In this document: positions 8,119 to 15,678 of the stretch, piece after piece
How the letters are laid out: each line of letters begins with the position of its first letter
How positions within the stretch are numbered: position 1 is the stretch's first letter
IMG/VR virus record: IMGVR_UViG_3300048881_000246
Coordinates: 1 to 29,542 of that record
DNA length: 29,542 nucleotides
Direction: 5' to 3' (one strand)
DNA from: a virus
Lineage: Duplodnaviria > Caudoviricetes
Notes under the pieces: generated by a model
What the model was told of the DNA's origin: nothing
Databases searched by the model: none
The model's input: the letters and a program-made list of their open reading frames with translations, nothing else
Translations under genes and position numbers: made by a program

Positions 8119-8165
8119 TGGTCGGTGTGATAGGATTTGAACCTACGACCCCTGACACCCCATGA
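8119..8165 (-). other. attP core: 3' part of tRNA-Pro(GGG)
   Basis: Minus strand reads TCATGGGGTGTCAGGGGTCGTAGGTTCAAATCCTATCACACCGACCA (anticodon loop, T arm, acceptor 3' strand, CCA), closely like E. coli proL; no 5' half present. Confidence 0.9.
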
Positions 8166-8196
8166 AATACGCGCGAAAATGCACTTAAAACAATTC

Positions 8197-8209
8197 TATC
8201 AATAACTTA
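8197..8209 (+). promoter_or_regulatory. IHF consensus site
   Basis: TATCAATAACTTA matches WATCAANNNNTTR. Confidence 0.7.
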
Positions 8210-8302
8210 TGCTTAAATTTGAAGGTATTTTTTGTTCGGTAAATGTTGAACAACGGGAAACTAAATACCTAACAGGAACAGCAACATAAAACTATGGTAA
8301 CT

Positions 8303-8319
8303 ACTGTATAAGGGTACGG
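8303..8319 (+). repeat. Putative arm-type site on the other att arm
   Basis: ACTGTATAAGGGTACGG identical to 8022-8038. Confidence 0.75.
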
Positions 8320-8412
8320 GAGTTTTCACCACACAAGGGATTTTAAATCCGTATGAACAGGCTAGTAAACGCATAGGCTTGATAGGTATTGTTCCTAACA
8401 AATCTCCTTGTT

Positions 8413-8425
8413 TAAGTGTTTGATT
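8413..8425 (-). promoter_or_regulatory. IHF consensus site
   Basis: Reverse complement AATCAAACACTTA matches WATCAANNNNTTR. Confidence 0.6.
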
Positions 8426-8479
8426 TGCCGTATATGATAGGGTTCTTGTTAGGAAATAAAAGGCGTCCTTGCCTTCACT

Positions 8480-11167
8480 CTAGTTGAACTTAACAAGTAG
8501 GTTAGCATTAAGCCCTGGGCCTGCGATAACTACACCGCGCTCATCGCCTGCTAAGAACACAACCACCCGCGCAGATAACTGAGACTTGCGGGAACTGAAA
8601 GCGCCGAATCGAACAAACAGGCTTGAGCCTTCCCATTCAACATCACCGTTTTCTGAACTTATTTCGCCATCGTCAGTAACTACTATTACCTTTTGCGTTT
8701 CGTTTTCATCAAAATCGTAATAACCCTGATTATCTAACGCAATTTTTGCATTAGTGCTTGCTAGCTTGAATTTAAGTTCTTCGATATTAGAACGCCCTGT
8801 GAACGCAGATATAACCGTATTGTCACGCAAGAACTTCTGTTTTGAAACGGCCTCGAGCAATTCAGACTCAGCGGTAACAGTGAATATTCTTGTTTGGGTT
8901 TCCGCTGCTATCCCATCGGCTACAACGTTGTATTCAAGCGTTCCAGTTCTTGGGAATGCGGTAGAAGTTGAACCAGTCACAGTTACCTGATCGGTAATAT
9001 CAACACCTTTGTTATTAAAAGCTTGATAACCGGGTTCTTGGAATAACTCACCAACGTTAAGAGCGATGTTGCCACCAGTTAGAATTATTACTGGTGGGGT
9101 AGTGTCAACCTCTGCAGCAACATTGAAGTCTACGTAAACCGGTGCTGAATCTAAGCCGCCATCATCAGTAACAATAAGTTCTAACGTTACTGTTTGAGCA
9201 GTATCAGATACTGGCGATGTAAAGCTAATGTTTTCAGCAGCGGTACTTGATAAAACTACGCCGCTGTTAGTAGTTTCACGCCATTTGTAACCTACGATAG
9301 TTCCATCATTATCAGAACTACCAGAAGCACTAAGCTGTACAAGTACACCTGCTGCTACCGATTGGTCGGGGCCAGCGTTTGCGGTTGGGGGTTGGTTTTC
9401 TTCTGCTTGCTCTGCGGTGAACGCAGCAAACCGGATTAATGCAGCTTCGTTTACTTGCGAACCTGAATTTAAGTGCGTACCATCCCCAGACGTAGTTAAG
9501 TCTACAACCTCAGTGTCGCCACCAAAACGGCAGTAAGGATTATTCTCAATGATGTAATCAAATTCAGCTCTTAAATTGTCACTTTCTCCGTTTGCATAGG
9601 TTCTAGGGATATCCGTTAAATAATGCACGCTTCCAAATTCTGAATAGAGTGCATTAATCATTTCTTCAAGCCACAGTCGCATTGTTGCAGGGTCAGTGCC
9701 TACATTTGATTCGCCGCCTAAAGACGCTGTAAAAGTAACACCACCACAATCTGCTTCAGTAGTTTCCGCAATAATTCGACTATCCCACAAGTCACTACTA
9801 GAAGGTATCCAGCGTTCTAAACTAGTTCCTCCTACAGCGACGTTTATAACACCAATCGGGATACCTATTTTCGCAAATTCAACGGCTATACGAACCCATG
9901 TTGACCCGCCTGTACTATCTTCACTAGTAGGGTCTGCTAGTCTTTGCCAAGTACCATCACGAAACATCGTAGGTCTAAAATCTTCAGCACCTAGTTCATT
10001 TCGCACGGAGTTTTGAGTGCTAGATCCCCGACCGCTTTCGTTAGATTGCCACCAAGCTAACCATACGTTTGCAGCTGTAACGTAACCGACCGTAGCTGTG
10101 ACTGTCGGATGTGTACTAACCCTCACGTTTATTCTCTGCTGTTTATAGATAACAACGTCTGTAGAGTAGTTACCATTGGAGTCTGTTGCCGCTTGAATCC
10201 AGTTGCCGTTATCTACTTGATACTCGGCTACGGCTCCAGCCGGTAGATCTGTAATGACACCAGATAACGTAAAAATAGCCTCAAAAAGCGAATCAGCTTT
10301 TTTCGTCTGGTAAGTATAGGGTGTCAGAATTGAGATTGTTGGGTCTGTTGCTACTACGCCATCTTCGAGTACAAAAAAACTAACATCATCAAAATCTGTT
10401 GTTCCATCACTTCCAGTAGTAGTAACTCTAAATGTAATTTCAGTAAGCTCAGTAAAACTTGGTGCTGTAAAAGTAGGGCTTATAGCCGTATCATCACTTA
10501 AAACAACCCCTGTACTTGTAACTTCAGACCATAAGCGACTAACTACCCCTGTAGATGCTGAAGAATCAAGTGTTACAGTCTCCCCAGCGTTGATATTACT
10601 CTGGTCGGCTCCCGCGTCAGCTATGCTTGGTGTTGGTGTTGCAGAACCTTCAAAACCCCCTGTCGTGAAACCGCTAAGCGTTCCGTGGTCATAATCCCCT
10701 GACGTATTCGTAAGCTGCGTATCTCCTTCAACACCCCCATCAAAATCGTGGGTAATAACCCCATCAGTATCACCAGTTATTGAGGCCACACCCGACATTT
10801 TACCTACGAAAAAAGAACCACCATTCATGCTGCCCCAGTTTCTGATATCGACTGTACCAGTGTTATTTGTAGACCCTGTATTGCCATTAAAGGTAATAGT
10901 AAGAACACCATCTACCCTAGTTATTCTCCCGTCTGAAACTACGGTTCCTATGGCTGTAGGTGGTAGGTCTATAGTGTTACTCCCACCGTTGAACCTAAAT
11001 CTTGTTTCGTTTGGACGGATTTGTAAAAAGGTATCCGAATTATTAGAACCAAAGATGGCTTTATAACTACCGTCTACTTCGATTGTCGGTAAGATTACTT
11101 CAAAATCCCCCGTTAGAGCGGCTCTAAAGCCTCCTATGCTCCCATTACCGTCAAATACTATCGCCAT
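8480..11167 (-). CDS. Multidomain protein: lectin/LamG-like, PKD, Ig-like, SGNH O-acetylesterase-like, PKD, HYR/DUF5011-like and a C-terminal beta domain
   Basis: ADAGADQ and PTANAGPDQ PKD starts; WQSN, AVGGTSLERW, GESN and DGTH SGNH blocks; DTTPPVIIL.G. Confidence 0.75.
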   Translation of the reverse strand: MAIVFDGNGSIGGFRAALTGDFEVILPTIEVDGSYKAIFGSNNSDTFLQIRPNETRFRFNGGSNTIDLPPTAIGTVVSDGRITRVDGVLTITFNGNTGSTNNTGTVDIRNWGSMNGGSFFVGKMSGVASITGDTDGVITHDFDGGVEGDTQLTNTSGDYDHGTLSGFTTGGFEGSATPTPSIADAGADQSNINAGETVTLDSSASTGVVSRLWSEVTSTGVVLSDDTAISPTFTAPSFTELTEITFRVTTTGSDGTTDFDDVSFFVLEDGVVATDPTISILTPYTYQTKKADSLFEAIFTLSGVITDLPAGAVAEYQVDNGNWIQAATDSNGNYSTDVVIYKQQRINVRVSTHPTVTATVGYVTAANVWLAWWQSNESGRGSSTQNSVRNELGAEDFRPTMFRDGTWQRLADPTSEDSTGGSTWVRIAVEFAKIGIPIGVINVAVGGTSLERWIPSSSDLWDSRIIAETTEADCGGVTFTASLGGESNVGTDPATMRLWLEEMINALYSEFGSVHYLTDIPRTYANGESDNLRAEFDYIIENNPYCRFGGDTEVVDLTTSGDGTHLNSGSQVNEAALIRFAAFTAEQAEENQPPTANAGPDQSVAAGVLVQLSASGSSDNDGTIVGYKWRETTNSGVVLSSTAAENISFTSPVSDTAQTVTLELIVTDDGGLDSAPVYVDFNVAAEVDTTPPVIILTGGNIALNVGELFQEPGYQAFNNKGVDITDQVTVTGSTSTAFPRTGTLEYNVVADGIAAETQTRIFTVTAESELLEAVSKQKFLRDNTVISAFTGRSNIEELKFKLASTNAKIALDNQGYYDFDENETQKVIVVTDDGEISSENGDVEWEGSSLFVRFGAFSSRKSQLSARVVVFLAGDERGVVIAGPGLNANLLVKFN

Positions 11168-11178
11168 CGCTATTCTCT

Positions 11179-14097
11179 CTATACTGTAACTGAAATTGTG
11201 TTAGACCATGCCCCTACGAGCGCACCGTTTAGGCAACGGCATCTGATCTGGTATGTGCCTGAAGAAAGTGAAACTGAACGTTTAAAGCAACCAACAACCC
11301 CAGGTAATCCTATATTGGGAACGCTCAAAGTAGACCAGCTAGAACCACCATTGCTCGATACTTGAAATTCCATATCAGTCATAGCAAAGCGGTTCAGGTC
11401 GTCTAGCGTTGGGTAGGTTTTTAGGACTTCTACAGAATTTTGGTTGCCTGCTAATAGACCCCTATCTGAGTAGTAGAAGCCAGCACCTTTTTTCTGATTA
11501 TTCATTTGCTCTTTAGTCACACAGCGTTGTCCGTCTGCGTAACAGTTCCAAAGCTCCATGTAAGCAGGGCTATGACTCGGGGCGAAGGTTTCTCGCGTAC
11601 CTACGGTAGAATTAAATTCACTATTATTAAGTGACGCTGAACCTCTGCGGTGAGTACGAACAATCTTACAAGAACCGGTTAAAGTGCTGTTGTTGATTTC
11701 CGTAACACGTTTTATATCGGTAATAGCATCAGTGGAGTTTTTGCCGTCTAAGTTGTAGACATGGCATGTGTATATTTTTCCTGCTTCACCCCATGAGCCT
11801 ACGCCCCAGTAAGGCGCGTTTATAACGAGGATGTCGCAGTTGCCAAACTGTGAGTTGTAGTTGCCGTAGTTTGATTCAAGCTGTAAATCGGCAGTGATAT
11901 TTCCTAACTGAGAAATTTTACAGTACGGGTGCTTATATTCGGGAACCACGGCTACTTGCCATGTTTCGTTAGTTCCTCTATATCCACCAACAAAGTCCAT
12001 TCCATCTATTTCAAGAGACTCAGCACCTTTAAGCGTTACACCGTTACGCCTATTTTGAACCGATACATTTTCAAATAGGTAATGCCTGTGTGAACCGCTG
12101 CTGTAACCGCGATAACCGTCAGCGTCGTTCACGGCTAATTCTTGGTTTTGTATATAAACATCGGGAGTATTACGGTTTTTAAGCCTATCAACAGGTGGGA
12201 GCTTCCACGACAAATTCACCGTTGTGCCCGACACAGAGCTGGCAAGCGTGGGTACACAAGGTGTCTCCGTTCTTAGTAGCTTGCGAACGTAGATATTTTG
12301 GACGTTGCCTTTGTAGCCACTGGCTGTGATTTGAACCTGAGTTGCATTCGCTGGTGCACGGATAAGCCACACCTCTGTACCTTCGATAGCATGGCTATAT
12401 TGCCCCACGGAATTACCGATTTTAGGCGTTACTGAACCGCTTACCTTATCAACCAGCTTTAGTGATAATTGATAGACTTCACCAGCTTCAAAGTTGTAGT
12501 TAGCACTTAAAGGATTACTTGTACCATTTGCATAGTAATTACCCCCACTCTTAGACCAGCCCGAACCGCTAAACCCATCAGGCTGAACTACCTTTGCGCC
12601 TACCTCATCAGATGCATGAATAACAAACTTGTGCATGTAAATGAGGTCTTCCGTTGAATAACGGAAATAATCTATTGCCGTTTCGCCTGGGTCTAAATGT
12701 AGCCACGCCTCTGCTGGCATGTATCGAAGTGAGCCTTCTTCAGTAGGTAACACTCGTGCGCCACTTGGAAGGGTAACTACACTTTGGAAAGGTCTTTCAG
12801 TGCCTTGAACGGCTATAGCATTATCCAACTGAGGTATGTGCATGTAAGGTAAAACAAGCGTCTTGTTGGCCTTAACTTGTAGTGTATCTACGGTAACTTC
12901 AGCTTTATCGCCACGCCACGCTTCCCCTTCGGCTAGTTCGATAGTTTCGTTGTAAAGAACATCGTTCACCATTACGTTATTCAAAACTACGGTGCAAGCG
13001 CCTTGGGCCGATAGGAACGGCAAAGGTAAGTGCGCTCTGTAATCACCACCATTAATAGTAACCGTTGCATTAGGACCGATGACCACAACGCCCAAACCGC
13101 CGACTTCATCTAAGTTGCAGCCGCAGTTGTTAAGTTCACCGTCTTTGTGAAAGTAGTATGCGAAACTGTCACCGTCTAATTGACGGGTCCAGCTAATCAT
13201 ACAGTCTCTTGCAGTAGACACCTCCAAGAACTCAATGCCTGCACCATCATGATCTGAAGTTAAGCCTTTTACGTTTACTGCGCATCCAAACTTAAACCCG
13301 TTACCACTGAAACCACTGGTATGCACGTATCGAACTACAGCTTCACCGCCAGCTTCTATTTCTAACCCATGCAGTAGTGTGAAGTTTTCACTGAAAAAGT
13401 GATTCTCGTTAGTTATTGTGCCGCCTATAACCTCCATATCAGTGTGACCCGCACGGATTACCATGCCAATGTCACCCGTACCAGTTATATCAAAGTCTTG
13501 GGTTGATACATTGCTTGAACCCAGAGGGATATCGAGCGCTTTAAATATGGTGTTGATAAACGTGAGTTTGCGTAAAATCCAATCGAACATAGCGTATCCC
13601 TGAGTATCAATAAGGCCAGCGTTACTTAGCACAGCGCCGTGCACCTCACTGCCTTTGTTATCAGAATTGAGTTTTAATACAGGGTCGGAGTCTTTGACTT
13701 TTAAACCAAAGAAACGGTGATAGTTTGCGCCCAGAATAATGAAATCGCCGGACACGTTTTGCATCCAAGGACTATGATTATCAAGGTTTGTATCTATTTC
13801 TCGCTCACCTACTTGCAGACCAAAGTAGAAAGATAACGGGTTACCATTTTGGCCTTTCGTTAAGTTTAAATCCCAAGGTAACGTGCGAGGGGTCCAGTCT
13901 CTTACTTGGTCAGGGTGTGAGCCGATGTAAAAATTATCACCAGGGTTTACGCGGTAATCAGGTTCATCTTCTTCGCTACCTGTATAAACACGCTTGTAAA
14001 CGCGCTCTAAGTCTTGCGCTGGGTTACAGTCAGCCCACTCTTCCCCGTCCGTCCAGCCAGCATCATCAAGTAGGTTTACATCGAACAATCTATCCAT
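11179..14097 (-). CDS. Large putative virion adhesin/depolymerase: beta-helix, VCBS/Ig-like, CBM-like and FN3 with a beta-helix insert
   Basis: Beta-helix-like periodicity; TLPSGA...GSLRYMP...LDPGETAIDYFRY; VNLSW...YQIRCRCLNG..GAWSN. Confidence 0.65.
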   Translation of the reverse strand: MDRLFDVNLLDDAGWTDGEEWADCNPAQDLERVYKRVYTGSEEDEPDYRVNPGDNFYIGSHPDQVRDWTPRTLPWDLNLTKGQNGNPLSFYFGLQVGEREIDTNLDNHSPWMQNVSGDFIILGANYHRFFGLKVKDSDPVLKLNSDNKGSEVHGAVLSNAGLIDTQGYAMFDWILRKLTFINTIFKALDIPLGSSNVSTQDFDITGTGDIGMVIRAGHTDMEVIGGTITNENHFFSENFTLLHGLEIEAGGEAVVRYVHTSGFSGNGFKFGCAVNVKGLTSDHDGAGIEFLEVSTARDCMISWTRQLDGDSFAYYFHKDGELNNCGCNLDEVGGLGVVVIGPNATVTINGGDYRAHLPLPFLSAQGACTVVLNNVMVNDVLYNETIELAEGEAWRGDKAEVTVDTLQVKANKTLVLPYMHIPQLDNAIAVQGTERPFQSVVTLPSGARVLPTEEGSLRYMPAEAWLHLDPGETAIDYFRYSTEDLIYMHKFVIHASDEVGAKVVQPDGFSGSGWSKSGGNYYANGTSNPLSANYNFEAGEVYQLSLKLVDKVSGSVTPKIGNSVGQYSHAIEGTEVWLIRAPANATQVQITASGYKGNVQNIYVRKLLRTETPCVPTLASSVSGTTVNLSWKLPPVDRLKNRNTPDVYIQNQELAVNDADGYRGYSSGSHRHYLFENVSVQNRRNGVTLKGAESLEIDGMDFVGGYRGTNETWQVAVVPEYKHPYCKISQLGNITADLQLESNYGNYNSQFGNCDILVINAPYWGVGSWGEAGKIYTCHVYNLDGKNSTDAITDIKRVTEINNSTLTGSCKIVRTHRRGSASLNNSEFNSTVGTRETFAPSHSPAYMELWNCYADGQRCVTKEQMNNQKKGAGFYYSDRGLLAGNQNSVEVLKTYPTLDDLNRFAMTDMEFQVSSNGGSSWSTLSVPNIGLPGVVGCFKRSVSLSSGTYQIRCRCLNGALVGAWSNTISVTV

Positions 14098-15190
14098 AAT
14101 GTGGAATTCTCATTTTAATTGACTCAACGGTAAGCGCAGCGGTAGTAGAAGAGCCTGCCCGTTTAAAATAAATGCGCTCATCAGTGATAAAGCGTGCTGG
14201 CCCCTGAAAATAAACTTTGTTGGGGTCTGTATTTGATACCGTTAACGCCAGTGTTCCTGCGACATAAGAAACGTCTAAAATCATTTCAAACTGGAAGTCA
14301 TCAAAAGAATCACTAAAGAAACGAAGGGCATCATTGCTTGCTGTGGCTTCGGTCACCGTAAACACACGCGGGTTATTAGCGTCTTGCGCCCAGCTAGCAC
14401 CAATACTGTGTAGGTTTTCTGGAAACATATCTTCGCTGTACCAATAGCCATCAGCTTTTTGGTAGAACGTTCTGAATGGTGAGCGCAAAGTGCCGAAAGC
14501 AGTATCAAACTTTGCGTTTAATGAGCCAACATCAGACTGGTCAACATCGAACTTGTGCCATCCGCTATCTAGTTCTATATACTCAATAATTCCTTCGAAG
14601 TACTCGCTGTTGAACTCACCAATTTTATAAAGGTTCGTTACGCTGGTTTCGTACTCATGCCATTGGTGATTAGCCAGCGTGGGGTTGTTGGGCAAACCTA
14701 AACCGCCCGTTCCCATAGGGTAGACACGCATTTTGATATTGCCAGTGTACGAACTGTTGTTATTAAAGCGCAGTATCAAACCACGATAAAAAATAGGGAA
14801 GGCACGACTGGCAATAGTGGTAGGTACGGTGAACCATCTATCTGTTAATGCTACATGCACTTCACCGCGCACATCGTCAAACTGAATTAAGCGCTTATTG
14901 TTTGGTGATTCAGTTGGGCGAACTTCGGTACTTTTTAACGTTGGATAGTCAGTAAGTATTTGGCTTATGTTTTGTTCGCGCTTTATAGAAGGACTATTAG
15001 CAACTTGCGAATCAAGGTACCGCTTTGCTTCATTAATAAGCGCAGATAGATTATCTATTGATTCTTGAACACCATCGGGTAATTCAGCAGCTCTATCAAT
15101 TAGCGCATTAACCGCTTTTGCTACATCTGCGCCAGTGCTGTTACCTGGCGTTCCTTGCGTAAGGGCCTGTAACTTTTCTATTTCAGCCAT
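14090..15190 (-). CDS. Putative tail fibre/receptor-binding protein (helical N-terminus, beta-sandwich C-terminal domains)
   Basis: Position after the tail tip genes; coiled-coil start followed by aromatic beta-rich domains. Confidence 0.6.
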   Translation of the reverse strand: MAEIEKLQALTQGTPGNSTGADVAKAVNALIDRAAELPDGVQESIDNLSALINEAKRYLDSQVANSPSIKREQNISQILTDYPTLKSTEVRPTESPNNKRLIQFDDVRGEVHVALTDRWFTVPTTIASRAFPIFYRGLILRFNNNSSYTGNIKMRVYPMGTGGLGLPNNPTLANHQWHEYETSVTNLYKIGEFNSEYFEGIIEYIELDSGWHKFDVDQSDVGSLNAKFDTAFGTLRSPFRTFYQKADGYWYSEDMFPENLHSIGASWAQDANNPRVFTVTEATASNDALRFFSDSFDDFQFEMILDVSYVAGTLALTVSNTDPNKVYFQGPARFITDERIYFKRAGSSTTAALTVESIKMRIPHYG

Positions 15191-15198
15191 TGATTAAT

Positions 15199-15678
15199 TT
15201 ACTCAACTGTAATGCGGGACACGCTACCGCTTGAAACTAGCGTAAATGAGCTTGTTTGTGCTTGGCCTCGTGGGAAGTTATCAGCCAAACCTGTTGGAAC
15301 GAATGAGGCTGTGAATTCCTCACCATCTGCGAATTCAACTTTATAGTTAGCCTTTCGCCCGTACATGGCATCTTCACGTAGTTCGCGATAAGCGTTTTCA
15401 TTTGTGTATATAATCGAGCCAGATACTTGTAGCTGCTTGCCAACGAGCTCGTTGTTTAAGTAAGAGGTGTAAGGTGCGGTAGAAGCATTATTTAGCTTAA
15501 CCAGTGAGCCCTGAAATGAAATCGATGCTTCGAGTTGTCCGACAAGAAAAACACCATCTTTCCAAATAACACACTTAGAACCGTTGTAATGCTCACCGAT
15601 GCGAATTCTTGTACCAATTTCAATGTTGTCGTAAAGCTCAACATCAAAATACAGTTCGCCTATTAATGATTCGATCAT
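15199..15678 (-). CDS. Tail-tube-protein paralogue in the tail tip module
   Basis: VGQLE, ELVGKQLQVSG, VPTGLADNFPRG and LVSSG align with 21834-22238. Confidence 0.8.
   Translation of the reverse strand: MIESLIGELYFDVELYDNIEIGTRIRIGEHYNGSKCVIWKDGVFLVGQLEASISFQGSLVKLNNASTAPYTSYLNNELVGKQLQVSGSIIYTNENAYRELREDAMYGRKANYKVEFADGEEFTASFVPTGLADNFPRGQAQTSSFTLVSSGSVSRITVE

Noticed and set aside
7943-8158. Minus-strand 71-aa ORF
   Set aside because: It runs through the tRNA fragment and att repeats and is antisense to the Zn-ribbon gene; likely spurious
8119-8200. Complete tRNA-Pro gene
   Set aside because: No D arm or acceptor 5' strand upstream on the minus strand; only the 3' 47 nt are present
8302-8321. 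LexA (SOS) box TACTGTATAAGGGTACGG
   Set aside because: The left half matches but the essential CAG is CGG, and the motif is better explained as an integrase arm-type repeat
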